From the NCBI GenBank assembly GCA_950097015.1, contig CATNEN010000008.1, positions 3,596,001 through 3,660,000 on the forward strand: DNA of 64,000 nt. Reading direction: 5' to 3'. This stretch comes from Macrostomum hystrix (taxonomy: Eukaryota; Animalia; Platyhelminthes). The notes under the pieces were generated by a model. It searched no databases. It was not told where the DNA came from and saw only the letters and a list, made by a program, of their open reading frames with translations. Numbering within the stretch: position 1 is the stretch's first letter; each line of letters begins with the position of its first letter. Positions 47,375 to 60,221 of this stretch are shown piece after piece. The position numbers were made by a program, and so were the translations under genes.

Positions 47375-47660
47375 GGGATAAGATAATTTTGAAAGGGATA
47401 AGATTGTTGAGAAAGGGATGAGATTGTCGAGAAAGGGATGAGATTGTCGATAAAGGGATGAGATTGTCGAGAAAGGGATGAGATTGTCGAGAAAGGGATG
47501 AGATTGTCGAGAAAGGGATGAGATTGTCGATAAAGGGATGAGATTGTCGATAAAGGGATGAGATTGTCGAGAAAGGGATGAGATTGTCGAGAAAGGGATG
47601 AGATTGTCGATAAAGGGATGAGATTGTCGAGAAAGGGATGAGATTGTCGAGAAAGGGATG
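47375..47660. repeat. 20-bp minisatellite (gaaagggatgagattgtcga)
   Basis: Direct tandem repetition. Confidence 0.95.
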
Positions 47661-47869
47661 TTTTACGTTCACTAAAAATTACAGGTCTAATTACAGGTCT
47701 CACGTTCACTAAAAATAGGCGATTGATACTTGAACACTGGGTGGGGCTTCCAGTGGCTGCACGCAGTGTGTGGCAGTGAGCAAATTTTCATTGACGCATG
47801 TAGCTATTATACTAGCTAGTAAGAACTAGCAAAGTTTGTTCCATTTTCGGAGAGTACAGAAAATTCTTC

Positions 47870-48297
47870 TCATAGCAGTTTATCCATAATCTCATAGCAG
47901 TTTATCCATAATCTCATAGCAGTTTATCCATAATCTCATAGCAGTTTATCCATATTCTCATAGCAGTTTATCCATATTCTCATAGCAGTTTATCCATATT
48001 CTCATAGCAGTTTATCCATATTCTCATAGCAGTTTATCCATAATCTCATAGCAGTTTATCCATATTCTCATAGCAGTTTATCCATATTCTCATAGCAGTT
48101 TATCCATATTCTCATAGCAGTTTATCCATATTCTCATAGCAGTTTATCCATAATCTCATAGCAGTTTATCCATAATCTCATAACAATTTATCCATAATCT
48201 CATAGCAGTTTATCCATAATCTCAAAGCAGTTTATCCATAATCTCATAGCAGTTTATCCATCATCTCAAAGCAGTTTAGCCATAATCTCATAGCAAT
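47870..48297. repeat. 22-bp minisatellite (tctcatagcagtttatccataa)
   Basis: Direct tandem repetition, ~19 copies. Confidence 0.95.
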
Positions 48298-48381
48298 TTA
48301 ATTTACTTTTTATTACTTACCAGAAGTGCCCAAGACAGAATGGAACTAGGCGAGCCCCTGTTGGAATTGGAAGAAAAGCAA

Positions 48382-48423
48382 CATCATCATCATCATCAGC
48401 AGCAGCAGAAGCAGCAAAAACAA

Positions 48424-48458
<35 letters not shown>

Positions 48459-48509
48459 AATGCAGCAGCAGCAGCAGCAGGAGCAGCAGCAGCAGCAGCA
48501 GCAGCAGGA

Positions 48510-48570
<61 letters not shown>

Positions 48571-48640
48571 CAGCAGGAGCAGCAGCAGCAAAAACAACAA
48601 CAACAACAGCAGCAGCAGCAGCAGCAGGAAATGCAGCAGC

Positions 48641-48674
<34 letters not shown>

Positions 48675-48711
48675 GCAGGAAATACAGCAGCAGCAGCAGC
48701 AAAACAAAAGC

Positions 48712-48742
<31 letters not shown>

Positions 48743-48952
48743 GCAGCAGCAGCAGCAGCAGGAGCAGCAGCAGCAGCAGGAGAAGCAGCAGCAGCAGCAG
48801 CAGGAGTAGCAGCAGCAGCAGCAGCAGGAGTGGCAGCAGGAGTAGCAGCAGCAGCAGCAGCAGGAGAAGCTGCAGCAGCAGCAGCAGGAGTAGCAGCAGC
48901 AGCAGCAGCAGGAGTGGCAGCAGCAGGAGCAGCAGCAGCAGCAGCAGCAGTA
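48382..48952. repeat. Interrupted (CAG)n/(CAA)n trinucleotide tract
   Basis: Direct reading. Confidence 0.95.
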
Positions 48953-49374
48953 AGCTGCTGGTTCTGCAACCACAGAAGACAACAAACACGCTGTGCAATG
49001 AGGTTCAAATTAAAAATGAAATAGTTCTAACAAAGTTATAATAGTTTTTTCCATGATTGCTTTTATTTCAACATTATAGGTCTTCGTCGTGCTTGCCATT
49101 GCTGTTTTACTAATTCATGGATAAATTGAATTTTTAACGACGAACCTTGAGAGTATTTATTTATTTCATATAGCAAAAGTCTCTAGTCATACTCCATTCA
49201 TTTGTGTACTCAGTTTTTGTGCAGAAAATTGTCATAGTAACTTTTATGTTCATGACAGCACGCTTAATTTACGATTCTATGCTTTAAAGGAAAACAGACA
49301 ATTTTATCGGTAGAAAATTGCCGTCTTCTACCAAAATAAACTCCAAACTAAAAAATTTACGAGTAACTCCGTAC

Positions 49375-51286
49375 CTAAGAGTGATATAAAAATGAGGATA
49401 AAAGAGAGTGACATAAACGATGAGGATAAAAGAGAGTGACATAAACAATGAGGATAAGAGAGAGTGACATAAACAATAATGATAAGAGAGAGTTAAATAA
49501 ACAATAAGGATAAGAGAGAGTTAAATAAACAATAAGGATAAGAGAGAGTGACATAAACAATGAGGATAAGAGAGAGTGACATAAACAATAAGGATAAAAG
49601 AGAGTGACATAAACAATAAGGATAAGAGAGAGTTAAATAAACAATAAGGATAAGAGAGAGTGACATAAACAATGAGGATAAGAGAGAGTGACATAAACAA
49701 TGAGGATAAGAGAGAGTGACATAAACAATGAGGATAAGAGAGAGTGACATAAACAATGAGGATAAAAGAGAGTGACATAAACAATAAGGATAAAAGAGAG
49801 TGACATAAACAATAAGGATAAGAGAGAGTTACATAAACAAAAAGGATAAGAGAGAGTGACATAAACAAAAAGGATAAGAGAGAGTGACATAAACAATAGG
49901 GATAAGAGAGAGTGACATAAACAATAGGGATAAGAGAGAGTGACATAAACAATGAGGATAAAAGAGAGTGACATAAACAATAAGGATAAGAGAGAGTTAC
50001 ATAAACAAAAAGGATAAGAGAGAGTGACATAAACAATGAGGATAAGAGAGAGTGACATAAACAATGAGGATAAGAGAGAGTGACATAAACAATAAGGATA
50101 AGAGAGAGTGACATAAACAATGAGGATAAGAGAGAGTGACATAAACAATGAGGATAAGAGAGAGTGACATAAACAATGAGGATAAGAGAGAGTGACATAA
50201 ACAATGAGGATAAAAGAGAGTGACATAAACAATAAGGATAAAAGAGAGTTACATAAACAAAAAGGATAAGAGAGAGTGACATAAACAAAAAGGATAAGAG
50301 AGAGTGACATAAACAATAGGGATAAGAGAGAGTGACATAAACAATAGGGATAAGAGAGAGTGACATAAACAATGAGGATAAAAGAGAGTGACATAAACAA
50401 TAAGGATAAGAGAGAGTTACATAAACAAAAAGGATAAGAGAGAGTGACATAAACAATGAGGATAAGAGAGAGTGACATAAACAATGAGGATAAGAGAGAG
50501 TGACATAAACAATAAGGATAAGAGAGAGTGACATAAACAATGAGGATAAGAGAGAGTGACATAAACAATGAGGATAAGAGAGAGTGACATAAACAATGAG
50601 GATAAGAGAGAGTGACATAAACAATGAGGATAAAAGAGAGTGACATAAACAATAAGGATAAAAGAGAGTGACATAAACAATAAGGATAAGAGAGAGTTAC
50701 ATAAACAAAAAGGATAAGAGAGAGTGACATAAACAAAAAGGATAAGAGAGAGTGACATAAACAATAGGGATAAGAGAGAGTGACATAAACAATAGGGATA
50801 AGAGAGAGTGACATAAACAATGAGGATAAGAGAGAGTTACATAAACAAAAAGGATAAGAGAGAGTGACATAAACAATAGGGATAAGAGAGAGTGACATAA
50901 ACAATGAGGATAAGAGAGAGTGACATAAACAATGAGGATAAGAGAGAGTTACATAAACAAAAAGGATAAGAGAGAGTGACATAAACAATAGGGATAAGAG
51001 AGAGTGACATAAACAATAGGGATAAGAGAGAGTGACATAAACAATAAGGATAAGAGAGAGTTACATAAACAAAAAGGATAAGAGAGAGTGACATAAACAA
51101 TAGGGATAAGAGAGAGTGACATAAACAATAGGGATAAGAGAGAGTGACATAAACAATGTGGATAAGAGAGAGTGACATAAACAATGAGGATAAGAGAGAG
51201 TGACATAAACAAAAAGGATAAGAGAGAGTGACATAAACAATGAGGATAAGAGAGAGTGACATAAACAAAAAGGATAAGAGAGAGTG
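49375..51286. repeat. 28-bp minisatellite (gagagagtgacataaacaatgaggataa) with 420-bp higher-order period
   Basis: ~68 units; the variant order from 49801 recurs from 50221. Confidence 0.96.
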
Positions 51287-51689
51287 TATTAATAGTTGGT
51301 AAAGGACAGTCACATAGTACTTTGGGGAAGAATTTCAGGCCATTGAAGCAATGAGTTCAAGCTGGACTGTCCGATTCGTACTTTAATTAACTCTGCTTCT
51401 AGAAAAACGAACGCACAGAAAACGCTTCAAAAAAACGCTGCCTGCTCAATCAGATAAGGCAACCGGAATTGTCCGACCGCATGCAGAAATAGGAGGAAAG
51501 GATATCTCATACTCATCCGTTAAGCATCAGTTCAAAGCTTCATCAACTACAAACCAGGCCTCCCTGATTTGTTAAAGCTATTTGCTTGCACTTAATTAGA
51601 GAATGCGGGGAGCAGAGGCCTGGCCTCTTGCCGACAATCCTCTTGCAGCTCATTACCTAATCTGCTGCGACTTGCTGCTTATCGGCCCC

Positions 51690-52162
51690 ATCTCGCTCTC
51701 CCTCTCTCCCATCTCACTCTCCCTCTCTCCCATCACACTCTCCCTCTCTCCCATCACACTCTCCCTCTCTCCCATCACACTCTCCCTCTCCTCCATCACA
51801 CTCTCCCTCTCCTCCATCTCACTCTCCCTCTCTCAATCTCACTCTCCCTCTCTCCCATCCCACTCTCCCTCTCCTCCATCACACTCTCCCTCTCCTCCAT
51901 CTCACTCTCCCTCTCTCAATCTCACTCTCCCTCTCTCCCATCCCACTCTCCCTCTCCCCCATCTCACTCTCCTTCTCTCCTATCCCACTCTCCCTCACTC
52001 TCATCTCACTCTCCCTCTCTCCCATCACACTCTCCCTCTCTCTCATCCCACTCTCCCTTTTTCTCATCCCACTCTCCCTCTCTCTCATCCCACTCTCCCT
52101 CTCTCTCATCCCACTCTCCCTCTCTCTCATCCCACTCTCCCTCTCTCTCATCCCACTCTCCT
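51690..52162. repeat. CT-rich degenerate minisatellite (ccatcacactctccctctct-like)
   Basis: Direct reading. Confidence 0.88.
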
Positions 52163-52789
52163 TTCTTATTTCTGACTGATTTAATTGTCTCACGAAACCA
52201 TCTCACGATTCCGTATTTAGCCATCTATTTCTGTCCTTCAGTTCGATGTTATTTCGGAAGGCATTAATAGCACTGATTTTTCCCACAAAGCTTTGTATCA
52301 ATTTAACAGTGCCATATCAGTACAGAATGCCAAACGCTAGCTTCACAAAATCAATCGCATTATCGTTCAATTCAGTGACTAGTATTTTTCTTGGTACATT
52401 GCTGGCATGGATTTCATCCGCTCTCTGCCCTGGACTCGCTTACACGCATTTAAGTTGGTTATGGTCCAGAGCTCGCTGTAGAGTTTCTCTGCCGAACTGC
52501 AACTTAAACAAGTTATGTTCAGAGTTCGATTTTCTCCATGCGACGATACGTCTACTCTTCTCCCGTTTTTTTTCTATCCTCATTCATCCCACAGTGCGTT
52601 AAGTGCAACTTTGCGCATGCGAGATAACATTTGCGGTTGTACTTTTAGGATTGGAATTTTAATTGCATGAAAATGCGGTTATAATTCGTGGAAGCATGAG
52701 CATGAGTGCGCGGTAAATAGAATGCGCCTCTGGGAAAATTCAAATGGGAAGTGAGAGATTGTAGATATAAGATTTAAAATAGGAGAAAC

Positions 52790-53222
52790 AGGAGAGGGAG
52801 AGATAGTAGGGAGAGATGGGAGAGGAAGAGATGGGAGAGGAAGAGATGGGAGAGGGAGAGATGGGAGAGGAAGAGATGGGAGAGGGAGAGATGGGAGAGG
52901 GAGAGATGGGAGAGGAAGAGATGGGAGAGGAAGAGATGGGAGAGGGAGACAGGGGGGAGAATGTGGAGGGTGAGACAGGGGGGGTTGAGACAGGTGGGAG
53001 GGTGAGACAGGGGGGAGGTTGAGACAGGGGGAGGTTGAGACAGGGGGAGGTTGAGACAGGGGGAGGGTGAGACAGGGGGAGGTTGAGACACGGGGAGGTT
53101 GAGAGGGGGGGAGGTTGAGACAGGGGGAGGGTGAGACAGGGGGAGGGTGAGACAGGGGGAGAGAATGTGGAGGGTGAGACAGGGGGATGGTGTGACAGGG
53201 GGAGAGAATGTGGAGGGTGAGA
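52790..53222. repeat. GA-rich repeats (gagatgggagaggaa 15-mer, then gagacagggggaggtt-like)
   Basis: Direct reading. Confidence 0.88.
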
Positions 53223-54766
53223 TAGTGGGTGTGTATTTGGAAAGTGTGGTGATACAAGCTTTAAATGTAATACAATCGGAAAATCTGGAAATTTCCCTGA
53301 AAAAAACTGAATAATCAACCTGAAAATAAACTGGAACAAAGACAGCAAGTCCAACTAATTTTCGTTTCGGGGTCTCGGATAGCATGATAGCTCTCGCATT
53401 GTTTTTTGTGAATGCCTTTCAGTTTTTCTCTAGGGCAGCATCTTAACTGTTTCCAATAATCCGACCGCATAAAAAGCTATATTTTATGACAAGCGTTGAA
53501 CTAACTTCAGCTCGCTTCGGACTCGGAGCAGCTAGTTCATAATTACAGGATCTACGATGAGATTTCTGTATAGCGCTTTAGTTGTAATCCTTCTGAATAG
53601 AAACCTCTTCTAGTTCTAAATCTCACATGAGCTTGTACAGCCGAATCGCCATATATAATGCGATGTAGCCATCTTCAGCTCTAAAAATAGTTTTTTTATG
53701 GTGCACTGGCCGGGATCAGATCAGTGAGCCGATACGCGGGATTCCAGTTCCATGTTTGCTGAGTTCTGCTAACCGAAACCTGGTGTAGCTTCGATACCAT
53801 GGGTCGTCGCTAGGGATGAAAAAATACAGATGGATTTTTGTGAAAACATTGATTTAAGCTGTACGTGCACTTCAGCCTTTGTAAATAAAATTCAATTGAA
53901 GTTTCTTGTGAGGAGTTGCGAATGTGATTCTGATTCTGATCCAATGCAATCGACAAACCGAGGGATTTCGAATCACCATTATTACAATGCCACGTCGGGA
54001 AAAAAACCTTTCTGAAACAAGGGAGTGGCAAGATGATTTAGAACGAAAATGACAAAGTTAACAAGCACTATGACGAAAGTTTATAAAATTTGTACAAATT
54101 CAAGTGCTGTGTCCAATCGGCGCTTGCTGATTGGGTGTAAACACCCACCCCAGGCACCCACCCCAGGCACCCACCCCAGGCACCCACCCCTCCGCTTTTA
54201 GCTGGGTTGTATTTCAGCCGGCACCCGCGTGCTGCCCAGCCTTGTCTCTTCGCGCTGCGTGGTGTGAAATTTTTCACATTTCAGAGAATTTCAAAAAGAA
54301 TCGAGGCTTTTATCTTTTGTTGCCCGTACATTTATCGATGAATTAAAAGATATTCTTTCAATGAACATTGCTTCATTAGATTGCCTAAAAGTTTCTAAAA
54401 TGTTTAATCATAGTGCGCTCATAAAAGCATTGAGCTAAGCTTTGTGGATATCGTACAAATTTTACAAAATAAAGTGTATAACAATAAAGACCTTACATCT
54501 AAAAACTACAACGACAAGGCTTGCTTGGATCATTTGATAATCTTAAATATATTTCAAAAGTAGTTCAAATAGTTTTCACTGTCTATAATAGCCTTTTTCA
54601 TAATTAAATGAGTTAGCAAAACGTTTTTTTGTTTTAACTGGCTAAAAACAAATGTCAGGGGGTATTTAAATTGCCAGTTTTCCACGACATTGAATTGGGA
54701 CAGCAGGCACGGCAGGCAGAACAATATCTTCTTTTAGTAAGTAAGAACAGTGTACAAGTCTAGGAA

Positions 54767-54889
54767 ATGAATGGACATAACGGGCATATGTCTATTCTTC
54801 CCAAGTGTCGTTCAATTGTGTTTGACACTGGAAACATTCTGACGTGGAGTCGATTGAAGAAGAGACCTCTTCTCCCCTCCAGCGACGAG
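54767..54889 (+). CDS. GCLM: Glutamate-cysteine ligase modifier subunit, exon 1
   Basis: DTGNILTWSRLKKRPLLPSSDE aligns with GCLM QTGNLLNWGRLRKKCPSTHSEE; GAG|GTAGGC donor, phase 0. Start may be 54767 or 54788. Confidence 0.85.
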
Positions 54890-55457
54890 GTAGGCTTTCC
54901 TGTCAAAAATACTTTTGATATAGTTCAACTTAATTGTTCAAGTTTTAACTTTATATTTATAAATAATCTTAACTGTAACTTTTTTAAAACAATTTTAACC
55001 TAACTCTATTTATAGCAACAATGTTTTGGTCACCATGAATATGATGAGATATACTTAAATAAATTTAAAGGAAACTAAATCCATCCATTGTGTGACTTGT
55101 GTGACTATTATGAAACAATTGATTCATAAAGTTTTTGCGTTTATTTTTTATTATTTTCAAAATGCTTAAACAGCAATTCATATACTCTTTATCTATATAT
55201 TTGTATTGTTCCATAAACATTCCTTGGTGTTTGTAACTTATAAATAAAACTTTCTTTATTCAAAACATTAGCTTTAAATTTTTACAAAAAAAATCTATGT
55301 AGGAACCGAAAAGATGTTACTGTTTTTTTTACAAAAAAAATTACATGAGAATGAAAAGTATTCGCTTTACATAACATGTGTATGCTCCATACTCTGTAAA
55401 AAGTGTTTTGTGAATGAAACCAAACTAAAAATTGTGTCTTCCCATTCGCCAAAACAG

Positions 55458-55919
55458 GTTCTAGAAAGCATCCGCTGCCTGTCAAATGGCTGGCTGAACT
55501 CTCAGTCCGAGCTGCACTCTCTGCAGTACGTCGACCAGCTGCACGTGAACTGCCCGGCCCAGAAGCAGCTGGACCAGCTGCAGCGTCAGGCGATGCTGGC
55601 CGAGCGCGAGGATCTCCGCATCTACGTCAAGCTGGCGATCTACTTGGACTCCTACTGGCTCGGCGCTGTGCGCGAAGCCGTCTGTTGCGCGCTGGCCTCG
55701 CTGTCTGCCGAGGACTGCGACGGAGTCGTCCTGAGCCTGGTCACCTCCGGTGAGCCGCCGGCGCTAGACGATGTCAAACCTGTCTGGACGGAGCTTGAAC
55801 AACTCCGGGCCGCTGATATTGTGGGCAGTCTGGGACTGGCCGATGTGGCGCCAGACCTGCTTGAGCAGCTGTACGAATGGGCGACCGAGAAGCCGACAAT
55901 CTGCCAGCTGTCAGCGAAG
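55458..55919 (+). CDS. GCLM: Glutamate-cysteine ligase modifier subunit, exon 2
   Basis: EREDLRIYVKL, VKPVWTELEQL, LEQLYEWATEKP match GCLM EREEMKVSAKL, LQPYWEELENL, LEQLYQWAQVKP; aaacAG acceptor and AAG|GTCAGT donor. Confidence 0.93.
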
Positions 55920-56347
55920 GTCAGTTGAGCCGCATTCTTAATTGACGTTAAGACAAGTTTTTTACATTAACCTTTGCTTTGAACGAATGCAGATTCGTTT
56001 ATGGATGGATGGATACATTGAGATGACACCGAACCCTATTAGTTCAGATTTACACCCGGTGGCATAGATAATTAAGTTTCGTAACACATGCTCACAAATT
56101 GTTTTCTCTTGGGCTGAGATTCGAACTTTCGACCTTTCATTCGGATTTCCGCTTGACAAAAAGTTCCATTTAGTACTTTGCTGAAGGACTAAACTTTAAA
56201 TCGCGAGTAATTTATTTTAATGTACATTGCCGATTGAATTGGTGGAATGAATGTACATTCGGAATGTACATTGTTGACAGAGGCTGCGAAGCGAATGTAC
56301 ATTCGATGCACAGCAAAATTTCATCCGCCTGGCACCCACCCCACCAG

Positions 56348-56599
56348 GCGGCCTGCTCCGCGCCGGGCCACCTGCGCGACTTCGCCTCGGCCAACGGCCT
56401 CCAGCTGCTGGTGCACAGCGACCCGGCCGATCCTCTGCCAGCCGACCGACTTCGCGACACACTCGGCGGCGTGTTCGGCCCGGCCGACTCAGCTGGCTGG
56501 CAGCCGAGCTGGCTGGCCCGAGTGACCGCCAGCTACAGACACCGCGGAGTTGTCAGCTCCTGGGGCTTCGTGACCAAGGTGCAGCGGCGAGCTGCTTGA
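56348..56599 (+). CDS. GCLM: Glutamate-cysteine ligase modifier subunit, exon 3
   Basis: ccaccAG acceptor, phase 0; LQLLVHSDP, WQPSWLARVT, RGVVSSWGF match GCLM IQLLTHNDP, WVPLWLLRYS, RGIIKSKGY. Total 278 aa. Confidence 0.92.
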   Translation, partial: AACSAPGHLRDFASANGLQLLVHSDPADPLPADRLRDTLGGVFGPADSAGWQPSWLARVTASYRHRGVVSSWGFVTKVQRRAA

Positions 56600-57653
56600 A
56601 TGAAACAATGGAACTTCCCCATTGTCGCCGGGATGGGATTTTTACAGCCAGTCCTGGGATACACACCTTTGCATGAGATTTTTTCTTTACAAAAAGATGT
56701 GCCGTAAAATAATGCAAAATAGAACATTTTGATGCTATAACTTTCTAATGCTAATGTTGTGCTGTTTCTAATTAATTTTTCACAATTTTTAGAGCCGTTA
56801 ATTTTTTTCTCTAAATGTGTTTTTTTGTTCTTTTTGAAGCACAAATAGCATTAAATTTACCTTTCTCAAGTGACTGTGATTCCTAATGTACATTCACTTG
56901 CTTCAGATGAAGCCATGAAATGTACTCTCGGAATGTACATTCCTAGAAATGCTAAATGAAGTAAATGTACATTGGGAACGTACATTTACTGATAATTGGG
57001 CTGATTATTATCTGTACACTTTTAATGCACAAAACTAAATAAGAATGTTTACTCACACATCTCCCTATCTTTGAATCTGTCCATTATTCTTGAAAAGTAC
57101 AGCATTTCCACATTTTTTTATTGAAAATCTCACTAGAATTGCCGTGACTTGATATTTTATTTTATAACGTTATTATTTTTTTAAAGCCATATTTAATCAA
57201 AAACTTTTTTAGCACATAAATATTTCTATCATTTATTTCTTGTGGATTTTCTGAACAGTTTTTTTGTTATAATCTACACCCTGATCCCTAATAATTATTG
57301 GTTTTCGCTGTTATTTAAACGCACAACAGCAAAGTGATCGAGCAGCACCAAGCCTTGAAAATTTAGTTAACTACAGGTTACACAGCTATCTCTTGTGTCT
57401 GTCTTTGAAAATTTTTGTACTAATTTTATTTGTCAAATTGTGTCAATAAATTTATATACTCGTAATATTGCATAGCATTATTTTTTTATACTCGTACTAC
57501 AAGACATATTTTATAAAAAAATACACATTATTTTGTTATTTTCATTTGCAACTATTTTGCGAATCTCATATGCGCAGTCCTTCAATGCAGTAAAAAGTTA
57601 TCTTTTTTTAGTTATTAGATGGTGTAGCAAAATAAACGAATAATTACTCGTAC

Positions 57654-57953
57654 AATAATAGCATGAGGGCTGTGGGCAATGGTATCATTTGGTGACACTG
57701 GATCCGCAGCAAGCGAGGAGGCAATTCGGCCCACACACAGGTGTGTACATCTGCCCTGACTTTCTCATCGTCAGGCAGTGTACACTCTCACTGTGCCTTG
57801 GAGGTTGGCCCTTAAGGGCGTAAATTGCACGACAAGCCACCAAGCCTTCTCTCCGCGGTTTTCGCCCCAAATGAATGCGGCCTCGCCGCGGAATCGAGCT
57901 CGGGGACCTTGGTGCGAGAGGCAAACACGTTAACCGCTCTGGCACTCACCACC
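57654..57953 (-). mobile_element. tRNA-derived SINE, second near-full-length copy (internal 3' deletion)
   Basis: The reverse complement aligns with 27652-28014 from the tRNA-like head through the central hairpin to the tail. Confidence 0.9.
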
Positions 57954-58430
57954 TTAAACACAAATAATTGTTTCAGGTAATTTGTTTTGTTAAAAGCAGC
58001 AAAAATTAGTTTTGTATTGCAACTCTAACAACCAGGAATTGCTCAAACCGGTTTTTGAAATAAGGAGAAGTACAAATGAAACCGGTTTTAATGAAACTGT
58101 CCACCCCTCACAAAAAACAATTGGTGGTCTCGCTGGCATTTCTTTCAGTGAGTACCTTTCGTGAAACACTTTAGAATTTAAAGAAAATTACCCTTTACAC
58201 GGGCAATGTTTATCTTGCACTACAATGTGAGTTGTGAGTACTTCGACTTGTTTCAGTCAGTTAGGTTATAATTCTGTGTGAAAATGAAAGAGCTAGTTTC
58301 TGAGTGTGATCGTTGATTTCTGGCAAAGAAAAAGTTTATTGAAATGTTATGGCACTTAATGTTCCTGTTCGGCGTTTTCAGAGAAATTTTGTCTTTTAAC
58401 GGAGAGTATGGAATAAAAACTCTTGTTATA

Positions 58431-58635
58431 TACGCCTTTGAGGGCCAACCTCCAAGGCACAGTGAGAGTGTACACTGCCTGACGATGAGAAAGTCAGGGG
58501 CAGATGTACACACCTGTGTGAGTGTGTGCTCAGGATTCAGCGGAATGGGCAGAGATGCCTCCTCGCCAGCTGGAGGTCTAGTGTCACCAAATGATATGCC
58601 ATTATTGCCCACAGCCCTCCTGCAAATTTATTATT
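58431..58635 (+). mobile_element. tRNA-derived SINE, 5'-truncated copy
   Basis: Aligns with the 3' two-thirds of 27652-28014; ends ...gccctcctgcaaatttattatt. Confidence 0.9.
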
Positions 58636-59224
58636 AGTAATAAAATTAATATTATTATCCTGAAATTACATCAGTTGTTCATTTTTTATTTAAAACGTTT
58701 TTAAACCATATTACACAGTTTCTGTGAATAGTAATCGTATAAGTTTTTGACAAGTTTCATCTGGCTAACTGGCCTTTAGAGAACAAACGTATGAACCTTC
58801 AAAACTGTTTATTTTAAATTCAATGTCTGCCTCTGATAGGATAGGGCAAGCACAGGCAAGGGGCTGGTGGAGAGACACCTGAGGTATACGTAGCAGCTAC
58901 GCATTAGTGCATCTTGTGACATGGCAGCCTCTCACCCCCCACCAGCTCTCTCCCCCGTTCTCTCTCTCTCTCTCTTCCTCACCCTCCTTCCATTTCAAAT
59001 GCAGCCCTGAATGCAGCAGCTTCTTGCAGCTCAACAGTACATTCCAGCCAATAGCCGACCCTTAGCCTTGTCTGAAATATGAGCTCGGACTACCTACTCG
59101 TATTTAGTTCTGCTTCCTTTATGCTTACAATGCGAACTGCATACGTTGGTCATGCGTAGCTTGTGCAATGTAATCACATTCTTAACTGCCTGACATCTGA
59201 GCTACACTCCTAGCCTATGCCATT

Positions 59225-59815
59225 CTCACACTCTAACACTAACACTCTCACACTCTAACACTGGCACTCTCACACTCCAACACTGACACTCTCACACTCT
59301 AACACTAACACTCTCACACTCTAACACTAACACTCTCACACTCTAACACTAACACTCTCACACTCTAGCACTAACACTCTCACACTCTAACACTAACACT
59401 CTCACACTCTATAACACTAACACTCTCACACTCTAACACTAACACTCTCACACTCTAACACTAACACTCTCACACTCTAACACTAACACTCTCACACTCT
59501 AACACTAACACTCTCACACTCTAACACTAACACTCTCACACTCTAACACTAACACTCTCACACTCTAACACTAACACTCTCACACTCTAACACTAACACT
59601 CTCACACTCTAACACTAACACTCTCACACTCTAACACTAACACTCTCACACTCTAACACTAACACTCTCACACTCTAACACTAACACTCTCACACTCTAA
59701 CACTAACACTCTCACACTCTAACACTAACACTCTCACACTCTAACACTAACACTCTCACACTCTAACACTAACACTCTCACACTCTAACACTAACACTCT
59801 CACACTCACACTCTA
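59225..59815. repeat. 22-bp minisatellite (ctctcacactctaacactaaca)
   Basis: Direct tandem repetition, ~26 copies. Confidence 0.95.
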
Positions 59816-59817
59816 AC

Positions 59818-59975
59818 CTGTGCCACTCTCACTCTGCCACTCACTCTGCCACTCACTCTGCCACTCACTCTGCCACTCACTCTGCCACTCACTCTGCCAC
59901 TCACTCTGCCACTCACTCTGCCACTCACTCTGCCACTCACTCTCCCTCACTCCCACTCTCCCTCACTCTGCCACA
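59818..59975. repeat. 12-bp repeat (tgccactcactc)
   Basis: Direct tandem repetition, ~10 copies. Confidence 0.92.
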
Positions 59976-60221
59976 GTATTTCACTCACACTTGTCTCACT
60001 CCTTTACATAATTTTCATTCATTCTTTTGCTAAAAATAAACTTCTTAAGCTACGCTTCGTACTCTAGTATTTTCTCTTCATTATCGTTCTGTTGTGTTCT
60101 GCATTTTTTACATTTTCGCAGTGCTTCACAAAATTTATTGACCTGAAAACTTATTTTGCTAGCCTAAATTGTAAAAGAACCCAATTCAGCAATTTAATTA
60201 GGCCAACTAAAAGTAAATGTC

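Noticed and set aside
49375-51313. Hydrophobic multi-TM-looking ORFs (MSLSLILIVYVTLSYP...)
   Set aside because: Artefacts of the 28-bp unit cycling through frames.
53400-54766. Antioxidant response element or promoter for GCLM
   Set aside because: I found no RTGACnnnGC match by eye. An inverted CCAAT pair near 54113-54134 is present but is not enough to call a promoter.
1288-56599. PLAC8 cluster plus GCLM as a metal/redox detoxification cluster
   Set aside because: They are ~38 kb apart with unrelated genes between; the link rests only on plant PLAC8 cadmium-resistance literature.
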